Shown here one piece after another: positions 52,765-64,000 of a stretch of 64,000 nt of DNA. Origin of the DNA: Macrostomum hystrix (Eukaryota; Animalia; Platyhelminthes). Made by a program: the position numbers and the translations under genes. The notes beneath the pieces are model-generated. The model did not search any database, was not told the DNA's origin, and worked only from the letters and a program-made list of their open reading frames with translations. Position 1 is the stretch's first letter; each line of letters starts with the position of its first letter. Where the stretch lies: positions 3,472,001 through 3,536,000 of the forward strand of contig CATNEN010000005.1 of the NCBI GenBank assembly GCA_950097015.1. The letters are read 5' to 3'.

Positions 52765-53345
52765 ATATCATCCCATGGTTTACCTGTCTCATCATTTGAT
52801 AGGGTACCTGTCTCATACCATGGTTTACCTGTCTCATCATTTCATTGGGTACCTGTCTCATCATTTCATTGGGTACCTGTCTTATACCATGGTTTACCTG
52901 TCTCATCATTTCATTGGGTACCTGTCTCATACCATGGTTTACCTGTCTCATCATTTCATTGGGTACCTGTCTCATCATTTCATTGGGTACCTGTCTCATC
53001 ATTTGATAGGGTACCTGTCTTATACCATGGTTTACCTGTCTCATCATTTGATAGGGTACCTGTCTCATACCATGGTTTACCTGTCTCATCATTTCATTGG
53101 GTACCTGTCTCATACCATGGTTTACCTGTCTCATCATTTCATTGGGTACCTGTCTTATAACATGGTTTACCTGTCTCATCATTTCATTGGGTACCTGTCT
53201 TATACCATGGTTTACCTGTCTCATCATTTCATTGGGTACCTGTCTTATACCATGGTTTACCTGTCTCATCATTTCATTGGGTACCTGCATCATACAATGG
53301 TTTTCCTGTCTGATAATTTCGTTGGGTACCTGTCTCATCACTTTT
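52765..53345. repeat. Composite minisatellite of 24-bp and 21-bp units (tacctgtctcatcatttcattggg / tacctgtctcataccatggtt)
   Basis: The alternating units give an approximately 45-bp higher-order repeat. Confidence 0.93.
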
Positions 53346-53430
53346 TTGTTAGCCCCTTGTAATAGCTGCGGCTGTGTCAGTGGCTGTTAATCTGGCTCAA
53401 CTGTCGCTACTCCCAAAATAATTGTCTCAG

Positions 53431-53869
53431 GCCACGCCAAGAAGAAGATCTTCATGCTATTCGATCTGGAGCCAGATGCTTCACTCCAGGCTGGAACATT
53501 CTTCTCTGGCGACGGCTTCGACCAGGAATTCGTTGACGTGCTGTGCCAGCAATGCACCCTGTATCTGCGCAGGAAGGCGGAAATTTTAAATCGCGTGTTA
53601 GCACCGTGTCGCTGAGCCTGGATGATATTAGGCGCGTACTACGGGCGCTAATTTTAGAAGGCCTAGTTGAGACTAAAAGCGGACTAGCTAGCGGATCTAG
53701 TCTGTACAGGTTGGCCAAGTCTCAGCTGCCGTCCAGTTCTGGTGGTGACTTTGGCGCAGTTCGGGTGCCCTGCGTCTCCTGTCCTGTGTCTGGCGACTGT
53801 CGAATTGGTGGGGATATATCGCCTATTGGCTGCGCTTACCTAACCGACTGGGCTAAGGGACAGTTTTAG
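53431..53869 (+). pseudogene. POLR3F: Orphan, frameshifted last exon of RNA polymerase III subunit RPC6
   Basis: KKKIFMLFDLEPD...DQEFVDVLCQQC...KAE is followed, in another frame, by VSTVSLSLDDIRRVL...VRVPCVSCPVSGDC..GGDISPIGCAYLTDW, which carries the four Fe-S cysteines. About 25 aa are missing at the junction relative to human RPC6 (from memory). No upstream exons are visible. Confidence 0.85.
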
Positions 53870-54214
53870 CTGCGACTACTTACAGTAGCGACGAAGCCTT
53901 TTTAATACATTTGCTCTGCTGTTCTGTCTTTCAATCGCATTGCTTGCTTAATTTGCTGTTTTGCACCCTCAGTGCCAGGGTTTGATTGTTGGGCATAAAC
54001 GTGAAGTACTCGTATATAAATTATAGCTTGTTAGAATATTCTATACTAACTGCCCTACTAACTACTAACTTCTATACTACCATAAATATTCAGGCATTCA
54101 AGCATTCATCAAGCTAAACATTCTGGTGGATATAAATGCGTGTGTGGTACAATTCACCAAGAAATCATTTAAATTGTCAGTGTTCCTTTTTTTAGGCAGA
54201 ACAACAACTGAGGC

Positions 54215-57200
54215 ATGGCTGCAGCACAGGAATGCATTTTGCTGGCAGCGGCCCTTCTAGCTGGACTGTGTGCGGCTGACAGCAGTCAATGTGAGTTGCA
54301 GTCCATGGACAATCTTGACCGATTAAGAATCAGTCAGTAGTGCGTCCACTTCAATTGATTCTAAACTTATTTTTGTTTCAGGCACTCTCAACATCACCAA
54401 AGATTCCATCGCTGAATCGTGGCAGTCGTCCAGCTTTCTAGATAACAATCAGGCAACACTGTGCTTTAAAAACCAGTCAACTGAGAATGATTCCCAGCAT
54501 TTCTACAGATTCTTCCACTCCAAAGCCAGTAAGAATGACGCTGATGCAGGCTATCACTGGTTTGTGATCAAACTGAAGAGGCCTGAGCTGATCAGCTCTG
54601 TGGGCATCAGGGCCAGGTCAGGTGAGCGATTCAGTTAATTTACAATCAAGAGCTACTGAATACCTGCTCCTAACGATTCCCTTCAAGCTCTTGTTTGCAG
54701 CTCAAAATAAATAACTAACTGACATTGTAGAATGGATGGGAGTTTCCATCGATTATTTAAACCCCAGAGCAGCAGACATTGAGATCTGGACTTCTCAAAC
54801 AGACGTCGATTTTGGACATGAGCACTGCGACTCAAAGAACATCAGCTCTACTTTCATTAGAGGAGAGAGCTCAGGTATCTGGAAGCAGTGTGGCAGGACG
54901 CCCTCAAATGTTTCTGCAGGACAAGGCTTGAGCGTGCCCTGCGTCAGGCGACAGGTGAGGCGATCAGGTGACTGCTGGTTCATAATTTATGAGCAATATA
55001 AAATTTTGGGTTGAAGCTTAGTCGTTAAAGCGTCAAACCCACACCTTGAAGCGAGTTTCTGGGTGTTCTATTCCTGACTTCATTGGAACAATTTGAGTTG
55101 TTTAGCAAGACACTTACCTCTGCATTGCTTCAGTTCATCCAGCTGTTAAATGTGTACCAGAATCAGCTGGGGTAATTGAAGGTGGGTGTGGCGTCCCCCC
55201 AGTCCATGGACTGAACAGCCAAACGCAGCCTTCAGATGCTCCCCCAATAGCTGCCGCTGTGCTGTCGGCTGCACATCTGACCCAATGGGGCAGGTGTAAT
55301 CAGCCAACTGTTACTCAAGAGCAAACGGTTGACAGCTCAGTGAATCGAACTCAGTTTACTCAGTGAAGTAAACAAAAATTTGCTAGGAAAAGGAATACCT
55401 TAGGATTGTTTTCCCGAGAAATGATCTACATTAGCACAGTATCTATTTTGTGGCACACATCGACTAAAGTTTGAGGCAAATAGAAGCTATAGGAAGGCAT
55501 CAAGGTCGATTTTACTTGAGCCGAGAATGTGAGTCACAGACTTTAGGGACAAGATTCTTTTGCATCTGTTGAAATTTCTCTAAAATTAATAACTATATTA
55601 TTTCTCTAAATCCAAACATAACGAGAAACTATACGCGGCTTTCAGGTCCGAATGATTCTGTTGAGAAAATACGTCGCAAACGTTTCTGATTCACAAAACC
55701 AGTGCATGAGCTTCATTAGCATGTGGATTCGAAAAAGTGTATTAGAAGGTGAGTTTGTCCAACGATTTGTCATTAAAATTATTCCTAATAAAAAAGCAAG
55801 CATGTGATGAGGCCTATAGAGTCAAATCATTCAATAAATGTTGGTCGCGGTATTGAGAACGCTTGAAATTAGACTAACAGTTCTACTTTGCTAACTCTCG
55901 CTATGGTGGGTGACATGCTTGTGCTGAAGGAGAGCAGACTAGGAGAGCACATACTGAAATAAAGGAGCAAAAGCACATACTCAAAGAAAATGAAAAGCAC
56001 ACTTAACTATCTCGAAAATCACGTATGCTTAGAAAATCTGATATGCTTAGAAAATCTGATATGCTTAGAAAATCTGATATGTTTAGAAAAAAACATAGAC
56101 TCACTCTTTTCTTTTGGCGTCTAGCTACAATTGAGCCATCTAATGAAGTTGTGAGAAACTCAAAAGTCACAGTGAGCTGTTGGGCCGCGGTGTGCCATGA
56201 AGACAGTTTTATTCTGACTCTCGCAAAGCCCAACGGAAACAAGAACGCAAGCACCATTCGCACTTATGGCATCTGGAGTGCAAGCAGCGTGTCAGAATCC
56301 ATTCAAAATGTGAACGAAAGTCACGCTGGTAACTACTTATGCAGAGTGGGTGACGAGGTCCTCAGCTCCCGACTGCTCAAAGTCTACTGTGAGTATACAA
56401 TGAAGCCCACATAAGTGCCATTTCACAAGAGCACACAGCAATGTCTGCAGTCTCACAAACTCAACAATCCCCGATCTCAGATCCGCCAAGCAACCTGAGC
56501 ATCTACTCAAATGACAACTGCGCCACTAAGCCGTCGGAACGGAATTTCACCTTCGAGTCAACGCAGTCAGATCCACATCCTCTGCATAAATGCTTTCTGA
56601 GAGACCACCGAGACGAAAATGCCACAGTAACAATGGCATCGAGTGTCACAGAATTGGACAGCAAATTCAGGTCGATTTGGAAATGCGAAAACTGTCTGAC
56701 TGTGAATGTGATATGCACAGCACATTGGAATGATGATAAACTGTCATGGAGCTACAGCACCACAGAAAGTCTGTCTTGCCCTATGAACTCAGTCTCATTC
56801 AGTGAGTTGGAGATTATGTCTGCAGTACTTGTCACAGTTTCTATAGTACATAATGATCTAGGCGGACTCTGAACTTTGAAATGTTACTGATTCACTTTGT
56901 CCCCTCCCAGTTGGGCTTGACTGGAGTCTTGACTTCACATAAAACATGATTTCAGGTGCCCTTCGATGTGCTTATCAGATGCAAGCCTCCATTTGGATTC
57001 TGTTGGCAGTCATTTCGGTCCTGACATTGCTCCTGATTGTAGTCAGCATCTGTCTGTGGAGAACTCGGGTAATGCACTCCAGGATGCTAGCTGTGCTCAC
57101 AATTCATGCTCCATTCAGTCTGACAGCAACTGGTTCGTGTAAATAAAAAACATTCACATTTCAGAGCCGAATAAAAGTGTTGCTCGAAGATCAACAAAAT

Positions 57201-57257
57201 CCAGCAGGACACAGAGGGGCTGCGAAATCTCGACAAAGTGTTTACATGACTGAGTGA
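54215..57257 (+). CDS. Receptor gene D: SP + lectin-like + Ig + Ig-like + TM + short tail ending SVYMTE, about 477 aa
   Basis: Exons 54215-54290, 54382-54621, 54731-54954, 55646-55748, 56125-56388, 56481-56801, 56956-57068 and 57165-57257 join in frame. The TM is IWILLAVISVLTLLLIVVSICLW. Confidence 0.82.
56025..56082. repeat. 18-bp tandem repeat, 3 copies (atgcttagaaaatctgat)
   Basis: Direct periodicity in intron 4 of gene D. Confidence 0.9.
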
Positions 57258-57414
57258 AACTTCTCATGATCATGATTGTGGGACATTGTGCCAACTCTGA
57301 TCTGTGCATCACAACGAGATGTCTTTGCTGAAAATGTAAAGAAAAATGGCTTAGCTTTTTATTCAACTATTTCGTTCCTGTAACGCTGCTAAAAGCTTCA
57401 CTTACTATACAATA

Positions 57415-58130
57415 GCCAGTCACTTGTCACTCTCTGCTATGATTGTTGATTGCATGACAACATGACTCTGAGAATTCTGGTAACTATACTCTTTATACAA
57501 TTCAAGACTTTTAAGTAGAGTAAATTACACGAAATAAAAGTTTGTGTTTTACTCTATCAGTGCAGTATCATGAACCTACTATGTTCCCTTCCTTGCGAAT
57601 AATTAACCATATTATAGTAATTAACAATAACTCTATTAATTGCAGGGCTGTAGGCACTGGTACGAGTACATCATTTGGCGCAGAAGTAAGTTTTGCATCA
57701 TTTGGTGACAGTACACCAACAAAAACAACTTAGAGGAAAAACTTCTCGAAATAACTCTGAAACGCTGATGGTTAGCGTGAGAGCGAAATAAATTCTCAGA
57801 CCACCTCGCTTCTGAGTGCAGGCGATATAAATAGTCACTTGTAGTCACTTCTCACTCTATGCTATAATTGTTGATTGTATGACAACTTGACTCTTGTAAT
57901 TCTGGTAACTATACTCTTAATACCATTCAATAATTTTGTGTAGAGTAAACAACACATAATTAAAGTGTGTGCTTTACTTCATCAGCTCTGCATCAGGAAC
58001 TTATTAAGTTCTCTTCCTTGCGAATAATCGACATAGTAATATAGTAATATTTATAGTTTTAGTTATAACTATAGTAACCAAATAATATTGGAGGGCTGCG
58101 GACACTGTTTCATCATTTGGTTAGCCTATT
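57415..58130. repeat. Diverged local tandem duplication of about 420 bp
   Basis: gtcacttgt...attctggtaactatactct...ttccttgcgaataat occurs at about 57420-57605 and again at about 57835-58030. Confidence 0.75.
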
Positions 58131-61100
58131 CCCGCAGCCAGCTGTGAGGATGTCATTTATTTTATAGCCGTATTTTGTCGTTATTTATCTATTAATTTTT
58201 AGTTTCTATGGGAGTTGCATTTTTGTTTTTCTAGTGAAGTATATTAATGTGTAATTTCTCCTATTTATCTATATTAAATCTATAACAGTACATATATTAT
58301 TCATTATTTATGCAGCATGGAAAGTCCGTTGGTCGGATACTATATTTAATGTCTCTGCGCGCCGTATTTAAAAGCCGATGTGTTTTCTTGCGCCACGTGC
58401 TCAGTGCTGAAAGTGGAGCTGCTGAATCGCCAGCATCGCCAGAGACTATTAATACCATTTTGCTAGGCAGTCAATTAAATACAATAGTCCATATTCGAGT
58501 TGGGGTCGTTATCTTAATAATAGCACGAGAGTCCATTGCCGCTACACTATTAAGTCCAGCCTTGGTCTTACTTACTTCTGCAATCGAGTCCTCGAGTGTT
58601 ACACAGCGATGCAATTCTGCCCAAAATCAGCAAAGCTTTCGTGCATAAACTATCATCCTCTTTTATCGAGGCGAAATGCAAGTCCGAGAATTAGACAAGA
58701 TTTATACCTTAAAATATCTACGTTGCTCCGGTGATCTGAAGTATCAGCAATACTTCAATCTAAATATTACAATGCCACCGACTTTTAATAGACAAGATTT
58801 ATGCCTGAAAATAATTAGCCCGCCTGATCTGAATTCTTAGCGAAAAACAGACAAGACAATATTTAAAACCAGCTAAGCTGCATCTTGATTTAAAAAAGAT
58901 TTCTGTTGCTAGACATAGTGTTACAGAATGCGTTGTTCAGCTGCAACCGCCCATTGGGATTCTACTTGGGTTTGTTTATGTTCTGATACTATTTCTCATT
59001 GTCGGCAGCATCCTGCTAGTTAGAGCTCAGGTAATCCAATCAAAGATGCTTCATTGATGCCGCCATGCGGGACTACTAAATCAGAATGACCCACGACCAT
59101 CAAATTGTGAAAGGTAGTTAAAATGTAGTTGCAAACCGATTTTAAAGTCCATGTTTGTGCTGCGACATGCTGCATTCATCTTGCAGGACTCATTGTTGCG
59201 ACCTGATAATTCGCCGAAAATTCCAGAGTCGGCTGAGGAGTCACGAAAGTCGACAAAATCGAACGAGGTCCGAGCGTCCGAGATTGCAACGCAGTGTTTA
59301 CGTTACCGAGTGAAATTGTGCTGTGCTCTGAGGACCTGAGCTGAGAGGCAATGGACAGAGAAACTGGCAAAGTCTCGAGATTTCTAATTAGCATAATAAT
59401 AATAAAAATAAAAATAATTGACACTAGACCCAAGGGCCAGTGCAGGTGTTGTGTGTCAAGCACACTAGCAGGTGGGGACTGCACACCTAATGTACACCCC
59501 GGCTCTCTCGGACACCGGTTGACAAATAAAATGGAATTTATTTTTCCAAACATATCGGCAGCATCCAAACCCCACAGAATTGCCGCACAGAGCTGATATA
59601 TTCCACGCCAGCCGTAATTATTATTACACGACGACATGTCGGTAATCATTTGCAGCTGAGCTCTCCGCCCCTGAGATGAGACACGGTGGAGATTAGACAC
59701 AAAAGAGAGACACAAAAGTGCCTTACGGGCTTTAAACACTCAGACTTCACACTCAAGTATAAACGATTAAAAGATTCTGCATGTTTATTCGAACTGAATC
59801 AGCTGCTTGCGTAGAAGCATTTTTTTTCTTGTCAAAAAAGAAAAAAAATTGTATCACGTTAAAACAGCCATTCTTTGGGATTGTGCCTCGATTAAAGGCG
59901 GATGTTTATATACGAATGTTTTGCGGATATTTTGCTGAATTGCCTCGCTGGCTGCGGGCATTGGCTAACCAAAAAACATGCCCAGAGCCCTCCTGCAAGT
60001 ATTAATGTCTTGTGTACAGGGCGGCTGCTGTGGTCGGACTGTCCATTCATACCCAGAAGATAATGGTGCTGACCGTGCCAACTGACTTTCGAGCTGAGAT
60101 TTGCTGCCGTGACGCGAGTGGAACAGCGACGCTGCTGCCCCGCTGCGAAGACTTCACCTAACCTCGGCAGTCTGGTGCTACGAGTAAATATTATTGACGT
60201 CATGACCCGGTGCAGGGCGCTTGCCGCCTTCGGTGTCCACTACTCGCCGACCACCCCCCACCAATATCAGCAATTAATGTGGAGCCCAGCTCTGCCAGCC
60301 AAGCTTGGGCCTAAAGCTTGCCGGCCACGTCGTTCTTGAAGAACAGCGCTATCCTGAGCCACTGCAGGATGTACTGTTGCTTTCCCTGAAGGGGCCGCAG
60401 CGGCGTGGCCAGGCGAGATCGCACCATTTTGTCGACCTGCTATTGAATGTCGCAGGCATTTCTGACTCGCGATTCTGCGCAGGTCTGCGAAGATCGCAGG
60501 CGGCATCCAGGGAAACGGAGGCAATTTGCGCGTAATGCCGCGACGTCGGTCCCCGCGTGAATGGAGCGTCCTTTAATCGACCTCCCCGTTGCGACCTGCC
60601 CCAATTGCTGTGCTGGGTCTCATTGCGTGGTTTGGCACCTACTCATGAAACGATGTCCGCCTGTCTCTAAACCAAATTTTCAGGGATGCTGCTGCTAAGA
60701 CCAATAAGAAGTGAATTCGCGTGCATTTCACAATACTTATACAAGAAACTGTTAACAGGGTAGAACTGTATTAGGAAATATTTGAAATATTTCCTAATAT
60801 TTTTGATAAATATATTTGAAATCAACTCGATTGGCTCTGATGGCTGAAATGATAAATTTTCGATTTTCAGCAAAAAATCACAATTGCATTTTAAAATGCA
60901 TAGCGTTCAATGGGACATGCATTCTATAATAAAGTAGAAGGCTATAACTCAGTGATTAGGCAGAGAATCTGGATGAAATTTATTTTTGAGTAGATTTCTT
61001 CTGGCAGTTTTGATATTTTAAAGCATTTTGTGCTTAGAAATGCACAAAGTTGTTTTTTTGTTTTAATAAATTTCCCACTATGCATTCTTTGGAACTGGAA

Positions 61101-62592
61101 CTGGAACTGGTACCGAAAAATCGGCCATCCGATAACCTTGTCGCGATAATAAAAACCTAAAAATCTTGAATTTTAGACTGTTAAGTTGTAAAAAACCAAT
61201 CATGTAGACATATGCAGGACGCATTTTGATTCGCGTTGAGATACTTTTTAGCAGAATTTCAAGCACATCTGAACTATCAAATTTTTCAAAGCTGTAAATA
61301 AATATTGTTTGGATTTGTACCTTTTTCCGGAAAATTTGACAGTTCATTTTGATTTTTGAACTCCGTCATCTGAAACTAACGATCAAGGGTATTTTTTGTT
61401 TGGGTAAATTAGGAATACTAGTTCTTAAGTTGCCCAAGTTGCTTATAAACTACCAAAGTTCAAAATAAAGAGGCTGGAGAAGGTTTTCATAATTTAAATT
61501 TTTGCATGAATTCTAAACAAGCAATCACTAAAAGTCATATCACTAAACAAAAAGTGACAGTATTAGTCGAAATCGGATTTGTAACAAACTTTGAAAAATA
61601 ATTAAAGGGTTTAGTGATCGAAAGGGTTTCGTTAGTTAGGTAACGAAAGTTTATAAATAATTAACTTTTGAGGAGTTGATCGTATAAGAACTTATCGTTG
61701 AGTGTTGCGTTCTGGCATAATGATCGTCAGTTTATATGCACATGACTAAATTGCTCATTTAGTATTCTAGATGCTCGTGGACATAAATATAGCTGATCGA
61801 TACAGGCCGCGATCGATCGACGCGTTCGTCTCTTTTAGTAGTGACTCATCTTAAGCCGATAATTCGAGATCGCAGCCAAAATATAAAAAAATAGTTTCGA
61901 ATTGCTTCCATGCAGCAATGCAGTTGCGCGCACGAGTTAATTATTTCACGAGTCGATCATACTAATAAAATCATCAAAAATACATATATGAAATGTCATG
62001 AAGACTCGATATACCAGTTCTCTATTTATTCATTGCGCATCATGATTCTACCGACGAATCAGATGCATGTGTACATGCAAATATACGAGTATATGATCGC
62101 TTGTCATATAGAGAAGTCTAGATTTTAGAAGACAGATCACAACAAGTGTAGGGATGCATAATGTACCACAAAATTCAACTAAAAGCATTCTGGAGTAGAT
62201 GAATATTTTAGTGCAATCCGAATAAACAAAGGATCGCATCATGCTATCAGCCGCTTGATAAAAAAGCAATACTACAAAAACTTACTAAACCTATAATGGC
62301 AGATAAATTACTTGTGGATTGCAACAAAATGTGTTACAGTTGCCATCTAAAAGTCATTACATACGAGTGTTACTTGAATAATAATGTAATTCTTGAAGAG
62401 CGTCTCGAATAAACAATATTTTAATTATTATTGCTGTGAAAACTACATAATTACAGGTTCACATGCCGTACGCTGGCTATATGTAGTGAAATGTTTAAAT
62501 ATTTTTTATTAGAAGAAAGCAATAAGCACGATGTAGATAAAGAAAGTCCAACTATATAGAGCGAAGCTTTTAAGTTGAAATCGTCGATTACT

Positions 62593-64000
62593 TTATCTGT
62601 CAGCCACAATTTCTGTGTATACTGTAACGTCACTGACGGGTCGTGAGTTCGAGTCTCGGATTTCCGTGCTACCACAGTTTTGCTTCGGCATCATGGAGAA
62701 ATAGATGCAGTTGTTGTCGTCCTAAATAGACAATTAAGTGGCAATTTTTAGCGACATAAGATAGATAGAAACTACACCGGTCGAGATAGCTCTTCAGTAG
62801 AGTAATTTCTGCCACACCCACGTACACCAACTTTCTAGCCTAACTCATGCTGCAGTACCCATCACAATTTAAATGCATGAGATCAAGCTCGAGGGAATTA
62901 AATGTAGTCGGAAGTTCTCAATGACGCTCTAACAACAGGGCCACAAGCTCCCCTGTAGCGCACTGTACTAAATATAAACATGATATGGTACAGATCTATA
63001 ACAGCCTTACATCTGTATTGTTTAAACCTGGTGCATCCGTAGTTGAAAGCTGCTGCAATGGCACCGGCACCTCCTCGGACATCGCTGCTTTCAACACCTG
63101 TACGGGAGGCCCTTGTGTTGAGGTCATCTGCGGGGGTGCAGAGTGGCATTGAGTGAGTTAACGTGTTTGCCTCTCACACCAACTGAGGTCCCTGAGCTCG
63201 ATTCCGCGGTGAGACCACATTCATTTAGGGCGCAGCCGCGCAAAGAAGGCTTTGAGGGCTTGTGGTGCAATTTACGCCCTTGAGGGCCAGCCTCCAAGGC
63301 ACAGTGAAAGTGTACACTGCCTGACGATGAGAAAGTCAGGGCAGATGTACACACTTGGTGAGTGTGTGCCTGCGTACAGTATCTGTGTGCCTGTTTGATC
63401 AGGAGTAAGCGGAATGGGCAAAATTGCCTTCTCGCTGGCTGCGGGTCTAGTGACACCAAATGATGTGCCATTGCCCGCAGCCCTCCTGCAAATATTTTTA
63501 TATTGTTATGAGGTCATCTGCAGTCTATGTACCATGAGTAACGATCGAAACTTAAAATAATAAAACGCTTTGTTTGCAAAGCAAGACTTGCAAAAGTTAC
63601 CTTTCTTCGGTAAATGAAAGTGACGGCTGATATGACAAAAACATTCGCAAACATTAGACCCACGGCCAAGAGGACGAACATCAGAAGATCTTGATTGCGG
63701 TCTATAAATAATCAGGTAATGTTATGAAGTTCAATTCAATAATAAGCTGGTCCTCGATCACTAAACGCATACTCACCGCAATCAGATTTAATACTTGTGC
63801 AAAGGGTTTTCACAGTCACATTTGAGAGCCATGTAACATTCGCTTGAGCAGCAGTGCATTCTAACTTAAGTTGAGCTTCCTTGTTTCCACTGCAGCAGTT
63901 AAGGCACCTCCAATGTGATGTCAGGGACTCACTGAAATCACTGCTCAAGCTTTTATTCGCTGCATCACTGGATGACACATTTAAGTTGTTTCCCATGTTG
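62593..64000 (-). CDS. Receptor gene A' (3' exons of a near-identical copy of gene A; 5' part outside the window)
   Basis: Exons >64000-63777, 63701-63601 (TM), 63127-63011 and 62721-62593. The tail ends VTVYTEIVADR. Confidence 0.75.
63132..63508 (+). mobile_element. tRNA-derived SINE with a 13-bp TSD (tgaggtcatctgc), duplicate of 33946-34322
   Basis: The TSD lies at 63119-63131 and 63509-63521. Confidence 0.88.

Larger units (their letters stand above)
61129..64000 (+). repeat. Segmental duplication, copy 2 (of 31945-34815)
   Basis: Near-identical by eye, with scattered substitutions and small indels. It runs off the window. Confidence 0.95.

Overview
Eukaryotic (animal) genomic DNA with GT-AG introns, the standard genetic code, GC-rich exons and introns packed with minisatellites. 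This style resembles the flatworm Macrostomum, but the species is an inference only. The left half (1-31.7 kb) holds housekeeping genes whose exons I could join in frame: the 3' end of TMEM63/CSC1, a C9orf43/DUF4647-like gene, GCLM, BiP/HSPA5 (with a perfect ERSE plus a UPRE-like site) and MFSD1. The right half (33.4-64 kb) is a tandem and inverted cluster of a receptor family that I could not assign to any named family. Its architecture is signal peptide + F-type-lectin/F5-8C-like head + Ig domain + Ig-like domain + TM + cytoplasmic tail. There are four reconstructable genes (A 36650-33407, B 40188-43038, C 51026-48320, D 54215-57257), two pseudogenes, and a near-identical partial copy of A at the right edge. 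The cluster shows several features typical of a diversifying immune or allorecognition receptor system: amino-acid-changing differences concentrated in predicted ligand loops next to nearly identical introns, shared heads on different TM/tail modules, an ITSM-type tail motif (TEYTEI), and gene birth and death. A SINE insertion whose target-site duplication copies a splice acceptor could switch gene A between ITSM-bearing and tail-less forms. All gene models were built by hand from splice signals and reading frames. Family assignments come from remembered motifs, not from database searches.
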